Virus record (IMG/VR): IMGVR_UViG_3300028025_000089
Length of the DNA: 64,000 nt
Source: a virus
Taxonomy: Duplodnaviria; Caudoviricetes
Reading direction: 5' to 3' (one strand)
This document shows positions 56,454 to 64,000 of this stretch, piece after piece (position 1 is the first letter of the stretch; every line of letters starts with the position of its first letter). A model generated the notes under the pieces. That model was given only the letters and a program-made list of their open reading frames with translations, was not told the DNA's origin and made no database searches. Both the position numbers and the translations under genes were made by a program.

Positions 56454-59273
56454 ATGATATCACAAGAAGAAATTGAAAATTTCCTACAAGGAAACGACCC
56501 CGAACAATATATCGTGTCAGTAGAATACGATTATGTATCCGACAAAATTTTTAGAGTAAAAGAAGTTCCTGGTAAAGGAAAACAAATATCAAAAGACACC
56601 TTGATTTCATTTGCATGGGTTGGTGATCTACGAAGTCTTAACTTTTATTCAAAATCAAAAGCATTACAAAAAGAAGCCATGTCTAAACATGGTATTATTA
56701 TAGAAAAATTAAAAACCGAAGGTAATGATCGTTTAGAACGAGGACTTACCTTTATGGTTAAATCTATGAAAGGTTATAGAAATCTTATTCAGTTCTTTAG
56801 AGAAGGAGGTGTAGATCCGTGGGGTGAAAATGTAAGAGACCTCATCATGGTTTTACCCCCCGTTGAGCAATACCTCATCTCAAAAGAGAAACGACTATTC
56901 AAAGGATTCGAAGAATACAATGACATCACAAGGATGGTATTCGACTTGGAGACGACCTCACTTGAGCCCAAGGATGGTCGTATCTTCATGATCGGAATTA
57001 AAACAAACAAAGGATTCAAAAAAGTAATTGAATGTTCTAATGAAGATGAAGAAAGAAGAGGTATAACCGAATTCTTCAATATCATAGAAGAACAAAAACC
57101 TTCAATTCTTTCAGGATACAATTCATTCAACTTCGACTGGTATTGGATTTATGAAAGATGTAAAATGTTGAATCTTGATATCAAAAGAGTTGCTAAATCT
57201 CTGAACCCTGAAAAATCTATATCACAAAAAGAATCAATGTTAAAATTAGCAAACGAGGTTGAGAAATTTACTCAAACTCAAATGTGGGGTTATAACATTA
57301 TTGATATTCTACATTCAGTTCGTAGAGCTCAAGCAATCAACTCAAACATTAAAGAAGCTGGTTTGAAGTATATTACTAAATACATTGAGGCTGAGGCTCC
57401 TGATCGTGTCTATGTTGAACACAACAAGATCGGTTCTATGTATCGTGAAAAGGAAGAGTATTGGTTGAATATTGAAAATGGTAAATATAAAAAAGTGGGC
57501 GTTGATTCTAAGATCGATGAGGTTTGTGGAAGACATTCTAAAATTTATATTAAAACAACGGGGGACGATATTATTGAGCGTTATCTTGACGATGACTTAG
57601 AAGAAACTCTTTTGGTTGATGAAGAATTCAATCAAGGTTCATTTTTGTTGGCATCACTTCTTCCAACAACATATGAAAGAGTATCAACGATGGGAACGGC
57701 AACACTATGGAAAATGTTGATGTTGGCTTGGTCTTATAAACACGGACTTGCAATTCCTGCAAAAAATGATAAAGGGAACTTCGTAGGAGGACTTTCAAGG
57801 TTGATTCGAACAGGATACTCAAAGAACGTATTAAAACTCGACTACTCGTCTCTATATCCATCAATTCAGTTGGTTCACGATGTGTTTCCTGATTGTGATG
57901 TGACAGGTGCAATGAAAGGTTTATTATCATACTTTCGTAACACTCGTATCAAATACAAACAACTTGCTGAGGAATATGCAACGATTGATAAAAAGAAATC
58001 AACATCTTATGACCGTAAGCAATTACCAATTAAGATCTTCATTAACTCGATGTTCGGTGCCCTATCAGCCCCACAAGTATTTCATTGGGGTGATATGGAT
58101 AAAGGTGAAATGATTACTTGCACGGGTCGTCAGTATCTTCGAATGATGATTAACTTCTTTATGGATCGTGGATATACACCTCTTGTAATGGACACGGATG
58201 GTATTAACTTTTCTGTTCCTGAAGGTGTAGAAGAAAGACGTTATGTTGGTAAAGGTCTGAACTGGAAAGTAAAAGATGGTAAAGAATATGTTGGTGAAGA
58301 AGCGGATGTAATGGAGTTTAACGATCTTGCAATGAGAGGTGAGATGGCACTTGACACTGACGGACAATGGCCAGCGTGTATTAACTTGGCTCGTAAGAAT
58401 TACGCCTTGATTACAGCAAAAGGTAAAATCAAACTTACAGGTAATTCAATTAAGTCTAAGAAAATGCCGATCTATATTGAGAAGTTCTTAGATAAAGGAA
58501 TTAAATTACTTCTTGACGGTAAAGGACAAGAGTTTGTTGAGTGGTATTATGAATACGTCCAACAGATATTTGATCTTCAAATTCCTTTGATGGATATTGC
58601 AAACAAAGCAAAAGTAAAACAAACTATTGATGACTACATTATTCGTAGTAAACAAACAACAAAGGCGGGAAGTTTAATGTCTCGACAAGCACACATGGAA
58701 TTGGCGATCAAGGAGGGGTTAAATGTAAATCTTGGTGATGTAATATTTTATGTTAATAATGGATCTAAAGCATCACACGGAGATGTTCAAAAAGTTAATA
58801 AACCAAAGAAAGGTTGGTCAGAAGATCATATAAACACTTATGGGGGACCAATTCCTGATTCATTAGATTCGATAATCCAACTTAATTGTTATAGAATTGA
58901 TCCTTCAGATTTAGAAAATAACCCAACAATGAAAGGTCAATATAACATTCAAAGAGCAATTGCAACTTTCAATAAACGTGTTGAGCCATTACTTGTTGTT
59001 TTCAAACAAGAAGTAAGAAACGGATTGTTAGTTAAGAACCCAGAAGACAGACCATTCTTTACTAAAGATCAATGTGAGTTAATCAACGGACAACCATTTG
59101 ATGAAAGTGACCAAGATAAGTTAGAAGACGTTATGGAAATTTCAGACGAAGAAATGTTGTTTTGGAATCGTGTTAATGAAACTCCATATCACATGTATAA
59201 AGATGCGGATGAAGTCATGTGGAAATACGTGCCAAAAGATGAATTAATCAAGTTTGAGTCCATCGGAGGATAG
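56454..59273 (+). CDS. polB: Family B DNA polymerase
   Basis: ExoI FDLET, ExoII GYNSFNFD, motif A LDYSSLYPSI, motif B KIFINSMFG, motif C MDTDG, RKNYA. Confidence 0.96.
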   Translation: MISQEEIENFLQGNDPEQYIVSVEYDYVSDKIFRVKEVPGKGKQISKDTLISFAWVGDLRSLNFYSKSKALQKEAMSKHGIIIEKLKTEGNDRLERGLTFMVKSMKGYRNLIQFFREGGVDPWGENVRDLIMVLPPVEQYLISKEKRLFKGFEEYNDITRMVFDLETTSLEPKDGRIFMIGIKTNKGFKKVIECSNEDEERRGITEFFNIIEEQKPSILSGYNSFNFDWYWIYERCKMLNLDIKRVAKSLNPEKSISQKESMLKLANEVEKFTQTQMWGYNIIDILHSVRRAQAINSNIKEAGLKYITKYIEAEAPDRVYVEHNKIGSMYREKEEYWLNIENGKYKKVGVDSKIDEVCGRHSKIYIKTTGDDIIERYLDDDLEETLLVDEEFNQGSFLLASLLPTTYERVSTMGTATLWKMLMLAWSYKHGLAIPAKNDKGNFVGGLSRLIRTGYSKNVLKLDYSSLYPSIQLVHDVFPDCDVTGAMKGLLSYFRNTRIKYKQLAEEYATIDKKKSTSYDRKQLPIKIFINSMFGALSAPQVFHWGDMDKGEMITCTGRQYLRMMINFFMDRGYTPLVMDTDGINFSVPEGVEERRYVGKGLNWKVKDGKEYVGEEADVMEFNDLAMRGEMALDTDGQWPACINLARKNYALITAKGKIKLTGNSIKSKKMPIYIEKFLDKGIKLLLDGKGQEFVEWYYEYVQQIFDLQIPLMDIANKAKVKQTIDDYIIRSKQTTKAGSLMSRQAHMELAIKEGLNVNLGDVIFYVNNGSKASHGDVQKVNKPKKGWSEDHINTYGGPIPDSLDSIIQLNCYRIDPSDLENNPTMKGQYNIQRAIATFNKRVEPLLVVFKQEVRNGLLVKNPEDRPFFTKDQCELINGQPFDESDQDKLEDVMEISDEEMLFWNRVNETPYHMYKDADEVMWKYVPKDELIKFESIGG

Positions 59274-59591
59274 TATATACCATACTCCCTGAATGTTTTG
59301 TAATTCTATACAAGCACCTCTACCGATGTGAATTTCATCCCAATCTTCGTCAATTCTACCCATGTCAGGCATTATAGTGCAATTGGTTAATGACTTAATT
59401 GTAATCTTATCTGTAGTTGTTGAGTCTAATTTTAATTTACAATTACTAACATCTTTGATTAATAAAAGATATTCACCCTTTGTTGAGTAAATTTCTTCAC
59501 TAATAACAACAGTTTCAAATGTATCCAAACTTATAGAACGACCTCCTCTAAATACTGTTTTTCTAACGGGTTTTTCTCTATATATTGCCAT
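59244..59591 (-). CDS. Small beta-domain virion-type protein
   Basis: 115 aa; IDED...CIELQNIQGVWYILS resembles the TIDG...SIQLASNGSEWVAL domain of the giant fibre. Confidence 0.55.
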   Translation of the reverse strand: MAIYREKPVRKTVFRGGRSISLDTFETVVISEEIYSTKGEYLLLIKDVSNCKLKLDSTTTDKITIKSLTNCTIMPDMGRIDEDWDEIHIGRGACIELQNIQGVWYILSSDGLKLD

Positions 59592-59594
59592 AAC

Positions 59595-60722
59595 TTAAAT
59601 AACGTATATTTGACGAGGCATTGCTCTAAACTTTAATTGTTTGTTAAGATTTTCTGCTAATAGTGCTTCACGCTCCATTACTTTTTCAGGACGAAGTCTT
59701 GTTAATCTTCCTTCTGCACCAATTAACTCTTCCAGAAGTTTAGCCTTTTCGTCTTTTCCTTCGGTCGCCATTGTAGTATAATCCATTGTAAGATCACCAT
59801 CAGGAGTTTTTAGGTTTCCACTAAACTTACCTCTAACACGAGCTAATGTTTCTTTACAATAAGCAACAAACCATTTTCTAACCCAAATTTGTGCGGGATT
59901 GTTTAATTTTTCCCAAGACATTTTATTAAAAGGAACATCTGAAGGTAATAAAATAATATCAGGATTATCCGCTAAACACTTATCTCTATCTCCTTGTGAC
60001 GTATCATAATACCAATACCAAACTTGACCTTGGGCCAATTCCGAATTTCCGAAATCAAACTTACCTCCAGGGGTATTTAAAAGGTGTAACGCTTTTTTAC
60101 CACCAGGAAGTGCTGTGATATAATATGTTAATTCACCCGCAAATATTCTTCTTTGTATGTTAACTTCTTGCATTCTTAATAATGTATCAAATACTGGTGT
60201 TAAATAATAACTTCCTGCCATGTTACCAATTTGAGCAAGACCTCCACCACCACCTAAACCAGTTCCATTACCAACTCCGGCAAAACCACCTAAACCAAAC
60301 AATAAATTATTAAGGGTTGTTGGGGTGAACCATAAAACTTCATTAATTTCACGACCTGCCGGTATTTCGTAAATTTGTTGATTAGGAACTAATTGTATGT
60401 AATCTTTTTTAATTTCCCAATCACCTCCGGCTTGTAGACCAACTATTTTAGAATATGCATAAGTATAACGAGTTTCAAAATCTAAACTTTTGGTTATGAA
60501 AGCTCGAGATAAAGATTGAGTATCAAGATTTAAGTTATACAATGATGTCCATTGTGATTCTATTAACCAATCCTGAACATATTGAGAATAATCATCAATA
60601 GAATATTCAAGTAAAGTATCCATCATTTCATCCTCTAATTCTACAGATCTTAAAGGTGCTCCAAGTAAATGTCTAACTTTTTGATAGAACTGACTTCTTT
60701 CCGGTTCGCTAATTATTGCCAT
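59595..60722 (-). CDS. Neck/head-completion protein (T4 gp13-like)
   Basis: LGAPLRSVELEDEMM at the N-terminus; WVRKW..AYCKE.L..VRGKF...EGKDE..KL at the C-terminus. Confidence 0.75.
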   Translation of the reverse strand: MAIISEPERSQFYQKVRHLLGAPLRSVELEDEMMDTLLEYSIDDYSQYVQDWLIESQWTSLYNLNLDTQSLSRAFITKSLDFETRYTYAYSKIVGLQAGGDWEIKKDYIQLVPNQQIYEIPAGREINEVLWFTPTTLNNLLFGLGGFAGVGNGTGLGGGGGLAQIGNMAGSYYLTPVFDTLLRMQEVNIQRRIFAGELTYYITALPGGKKALHLLNTPGGKFDFGNSELAQGQVWYWYYDTSQGDRDKCLADNPDIILLPSDVPFNKMSWEKLNNPAQIWVRKWFVAYCKETLARVRGKFSGNLKTPDGDLTMDYTTMATEGKDEKAKLLEELIGAEGRLTRLRPEKVMEREALLAENLNKQLKFRAMPRQIYVI

Positions 60723-60735
60723 AAGAGTTTTTTTA

Positions 60736-60743
60736 TATAAATA
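60736..60743 (-). promoter_or_regulatory. Putative late promoter TATTTATA
   Basis: 13 nt upstream of ATG at 60722. Confidence 0.6.
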
Positions 60744-60751
60744 TCTTTTAG

Positions 60752-62896
60752 TTAGATAATTATTTTGTTTAACTCTTTTTTATAGAAATTTATCATCTCA
60801 GAAATTTCAATATTTTCACCACCCAATTCTTTTATTTTATCTGTAAAATATTTAATTCTATCTCTATAAAATTCAATTTGTTTATTAACATCTTTTGATA
60901 TGAATTGTTTTACAGGTGCTTTTTGTGTTTCTTTTTGTAATGGAACTTTAAAGTTACTTTGAAGTGGCATTTCATAATAATATATATAATATGGTGGATT
61001 TCTTCTTGAGGTGCTTACCGTTAAAATTTTACTATAATCGTTTCTAAACATGATGTATTTTTGTTCTGCTCTATCAACATACAAAATTATATCAACATTT
61101 TCTTCTTTATATTTTTTGTTTGTGTGCCAAGATTCCACCTTAAAATAATATCCCCTATCTCCACCATCAAAAAATTCAATATGATTAAGGCTATTTGTAA
61201 AAGGTTTGACTTGGAAATAAATTGTGTCTCCTCCTTTAATTTTTAAAACTATATCTTGACCTTTTTTTCTATCATTAATATCTCCCGAACAATGTTCATA
61301 CAACTCATAAGTCATACCTTCTTCATCAGGATTTAATTTATATATTTGTCGAATAATACTTGTTGCATAATTTTCATTCTCTTTACCAACTTCTATTGTC
61401 CCAACGTTTATTTCCGCCAAACGATCTAAATACATTCCTTCATTTGCGAAAAGGTCATAAGCATGTTCTTTAATCCATGTTTTAAAATCTGTTAACCCTT
61501 CAGTTTCTTCTAACCAAATGTTATATATTTCTTTTTTAACTTTACTATTGGTATCAAAACGATTGACGATAGACCATTGACTTGTTCCTCCGTGTTTTTT
61601 TTCTGCATAATCACCACCTAAAATACCAACATCTGTGGTGCATTTTTTTGTTTGGATTCTACCTATACAACCATTTTTATATTGTTTACCAAGACAACCT
61701 ACATATTGTGAATTAATTAAATCTCTTAATTGTTTTGGTGTGTATGGAAATGCGAAAGTTGTGCTAATTTCATTTATAATTTCTTTAGACTCAACACTCT
61801 CTTTAATATTTTCTTTTTTTGTCTTTGACAAATATAAATCGTTTACAAACTCCCAATTAACAACATCCCAAAATTTTGAAATGTATTCATCTCTTTTGTT
61901 TTGATATTTTAAATAATATGCATGTTCCCAAACATCAAGACCCAACAATGGAAATCCACCTTTTTTAACAACATTCATAAGTGGGTTGTCCTGATTTGGA
62001 GTTGACATTATTTTTAATTTTCCATCTTTTGATAGATACAACCACGCCCATCCTGAACCAAAACGATCTTTCGCCGCTTGATTAAATTCGTCTTTTAGTT
62101 TTTTTATGTTACCAAAATCTTTTTTAATCTTTTCATATATTTCACCATGAGGTCGTTGTTTTTTTGGGGACAACATTTTCCAAAATAATGCGTGGTTAAA
62201 AGCTCCTCCAGCATTGTTTCTAACTTTATTATCGTATTTACTGATTGTTTTAATAATATCTTCTAACTCTAAATCACCTTTTTTATCTTTCAATGCATCA
62301 TTCAATTTATCAACATAACCTTTGTAGTGTTTGTTGTAGTGAACGTTCATTGTTTTGGAATCAATAAACCGAGATAAAGAAGAATATGAATAAGGTAATT
62401 TTTCAATACCTATTTTTTTCATTTCAACCAACAAATTATTTTTGGTTTCAATTTTTTGTTCTAATAAAATTTGAGTTTCTAAAATTAAAAGTTTGTTATT
62501 AATTTTTTTATGTTCATACATTAATTGTTCCATTTCAGGATTTTCTTTTTCAAACATTTTAATAAGTCGTCCTGCAAAAGCATTTGCTTCATCTTCATTT
62601 TTACCACCGATGTCTGGACCTTTTTTTCTTTTTAAAACATCCATTTGGTGTTCATGAACCCATTCATGTGCTAAGGTTCTCATAATATCTCTATTCATAC
62701 GATCACCAACCAAGACTTTAATTGTGTTATCAGACCTCCTACTACCTGTAGACATTTCACCTTTTTGTTGATTTAAAAAAAATACTTTAACATCGTTTTT
62801 CAAAGGAAATTCACGTTGCAGAAGTTCAGTAAACTTTGTAATAAAGTCGGTATATTTTTTAAAATCTTTATTTTCTATGGTTAGTTTTACGTTCAT
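60752..62896 (-). CDS. Three-domain fusion: ImmA/IrrE-like HExxH domain + Mn-type superoxide dismutase + PD-(D/E)XK-like domain
   Basis: RTLAHEWVH...EDEANAFAG; LPYSY, HYNKHY, NNAGGAFNH, FGSGWAWL, TPNQDNP, DVWEHAYY; D..KGQD...FQVKP; start corrected to 62896. Confidence 0.85.
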   Translation of the reverse strand: MNVKLTIENKDFKKYTDFITKFTELLQREFPLKNDVKVFFLNQQKGEMSTGSRRSDNTIKVLVGDRMNRDIMRTLAHEWVHEHQMDVLKRKKGPDIGGKNEDEANAFAGRLIKMFEKENPEMEQLMYEHKKINNKLLILETQILLEQKIETKNNLLVEMKKIGIEKLPYSYSSLSRFIDSKTMNVHYNKHYKGYVDKLNDALKDKKGDLELEDIIKTISKYDNKVRNNAGGAFNHALFWKMLSPKKQRPHGEIYEKIKKDFGNIKKLKDEFNQAAKDRFGSGWAWLYLSKDGKLKIMSTPNQDNPLMNVVKKGGFPLLGLDVWEHAYYLKYQNKRDEYISKFWDVVNWEFVNDLYLSKTKKENIKESVESKEIINEISTTFAFPYTPKQLRDLINSQYVGCLGKQYKNGCIGRIQTKKCTTDVGILGGDYAEKKHGGTSQWSIVNRFDTNSKVKKEIYNIWLEETEGLTDFKTWIKEHAYDLFANEGMYLDRLAEINVGTIEVGKENENYATSIIRQIYKLNPDEEGMTYELYEHCSGDINDRKKGQDIVLKIKGGDTIYFQVKPFTNSLNHIEFFDGGDRGYYFKVESWHTNKKYKEENVDIILYVDRAEQKYIMFRNDYSKILTVSTSRRNPPYYIYYYEMPLQSNFKVPLQKETQKAPVKQFISKDVNKQIEFYRDRIKYFTDKIKELGGENIEISEMINFYKKELNKIII

Positions 62897-62897
62897 T

Positions 62898-63326
62898 CTA
62901 TTTTGACATTTCAAACATAATTATATCTGATTCTTTATAGTATGGACCTATGTTTGTTTGATAAGTAACGGTTGCTTTGTATTCACCCGATTCTAACGGT
63001 CTATAAATATTTGAGTTTGAGTCCGCAATTGGTTCATTATTTAATAACCAAACCCATGTTAATGATGTTACGGTTATTGGAAATTGCGTTGGGGACATAA
63101 CAATTAAATCGGAACCATCAATCATAACATCTAATCTGTTACCAAACACTAAAGATAATAAAGCATTTTTAAGTCCATCTATTTGTTCTTGTAATGTTAC
63201 ATCTACCTGATCGTTTATTGAATCTTCAGTAGATATTTTAGTTTCTAATGATTCGTCAATAGAATCTAATGAACTAAGATCTTCACTTAATCCATCAATT
63301 TGACTTTGATCTAATTTTGTTGGCAT
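62898..63326 (-). CDS. Small virion-type protein with C-terminal Ig-like motif
   Basis: WVWLLNNEPI...SGEYKATVT; late motif upstream. Confidence 0.55.
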   Translation of the reverse strand: MPTKLDQSQIDGLSEDLSSLDSIDESLETKISTEDSINDQVDVTLQEQIDGLKNALLSLVFGNRLDVMIDGSDLIVMSPTQFPITVTSLTWVWLLNNEPIADSNSNIYRPLESGEYKATVTYQTNIGPYYKESDIIMFEMSK

Positions 63327-63340
63327 AATTTATTTTTATA

Positions 63341-63347
63341 ATAAATA
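63341..63347 (-). promoter_or_regulatory. Putative late promoter TATTTAT
   Basis: 14 nt upstream of ATG at 63326. Confidence 0.55.
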
Positions 63348-64000
63348 TCACCGTTTGTTAATTAGATTTAATATTTCTTCAGCAACATCACCAACATTTT
63401 CAGGTGTTTGATCACCCATTACGGTTCTAATAATTTCTTTTTTCTTGTTAAGTATGTCATAAATAGCACCTTCTATAGTATTTTCAAATAAAGGATAATA
63501 AACCAATACGTTTGATTTTTGTCCGTAACGATATGCTCTATCTTCTGCCTGTGCGTGTTCTGCAGGAACAAATGATAAGTCGTTCATAATTACAACCTCA
63601 GCGGAAGTTAATGTTAAACCAACCCCTGCAGCTTTTAAATTACCAACAAAAACTCTAATTTTTTCATCATTTTGAAATGAATCCACAGCTTGTTGACGAA
63701 CAGAGTTAGAACAACTACCATCAAGGTATACCGCCTGTTTTCCAAAATGATGGTATATTGTTTGAAGTGTATCTGTAAAGTTTGTGAAAATAATAACTTT
63801 TTTTCCTTGTTCTAAAATGTTTTCCGCAAACTCAATAGTTTGTTTTGTTTTTTCGTTTGCAATTACTTTTCGAACTTTCATCAGTTTTGAAAACTGAACT
63901 GTGAGTGATGAAGACTCTTCAGGGTTTTTATCATACCAATCGTAATATTCGCCCATAAGATTTTCATATTCAGAAGATTTTAATCTCAAATAAACTGGTG
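63348..64000 (-). CDS. SNF2/SWI2-family helicase, C-terminal part (continues beyond the right edge)
   Basis: KVIIFTNF, LDGS, VGNLKAAGVGLTLTSA, AQAEDRAYRYGQ; frame is open to the window end. Confidence 0.9.
   Translation of the reverse strand, partial: PVYLRLKSSEYENLMGEYYDWYDKNPEESSSLTVQFSKLMKVRKVIANEKTKQTIEFAENILEQGKKVIIFTNFTDTLQTIYHHFGKQAVYLDGSCSNSVRQQAVDSFQNDEKIRVFVGNLKAAGVGLTLTSAEVVIMNDLSFVPAEHAQAEDRAYRYGQKSNVLVYYPLFENTIEGAIYDILNKKKEIIRTVMGDQTPENVGDVAEEILNLINKR

Noticed and set aside
56454-59273. Intein or intron in the polymerase
   Set aside because: Normal length with motifs in order; no splicing or homing-endonuclease motifs seen
3000-61904. Many 60-130 aa ORFs antisense to or nested in clear genes
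   Set aside because: No motifs; fully overlapped by well-supported genes
1-64000. Stop-codon reassignment as in some large phages
   Set aside because: Polymerase, Gmd, carbamoyltransferase and others are full-length in code 11, and TAA, TGA and TAG all end genes
8944-64000. ORF-track starts at 9669, 16191, 33990, 62914 and 63989
   Set aside because: Downstream ATGs (9609, 16179, 33945, 62896) fit operon packing better; the helicase frame is open past the window edge
1-64000. tRNA or rRNA genes, integrase, transposase
   Set aside because: Intergenic gaps are nearly all under 110 nt, no cloverleaf was seen, and no recombinase or transposase motifs were found

Overview
This AT-rich (roughly 30% GC by eye), densely coding window most likely comes from a large T4-like/jumbo tailed phage. 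Markers include a gp55-like sigma factor, a gp5-like spike, a gp13-like neck protein, a family B DNA polymerase, PhoH, dUTPase and a partial SNF2 helicase. The A-rich start contexts without Shine-Dalgarno motifs suggest a Bacteroidota host. Two large glycan-modification blocks (6.8-20.7 kb and 32.7-53.1 kb, about 17 glycosyltransferase-type domains in 14 genes) are interleaved with very Ser/Thr-rich virion-type proteins: Pro-Thr mucin-like linkers, an 818-aa repeat fibre and a 2327-aa Gly-X-Y protein with 364 uninterrupted triplets. The main hypothesis is a phage-encoded virion protein O-glycosylation system. It would include an Aah/TibC-like transferase, a GT60 polypeptide GlcNAc transferase, two DUF2827-like proteins, a Gmd/aminotransferase/acyltransferase amino-deoxysugar pathway, and methyl- and carbamoyl-transferases. 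Other notable signals: (1) a TATTTAT(A) motif, the reverse complement of the T4 late promoter, just upstream of most structural genes; (2) a separate TTGA-N17-TAYATT promoter class for the early operons; (3) a late-expressed metallopeptidase/Mn-SOD/nuclease-like triple fusion whose domain borders carry (I/L)-x-E motifs; (4) a standalone WYL protein with a leader resembling the T4 capsid-targeting sequence. All family calls come from motif recognition by eye; no searches were run.
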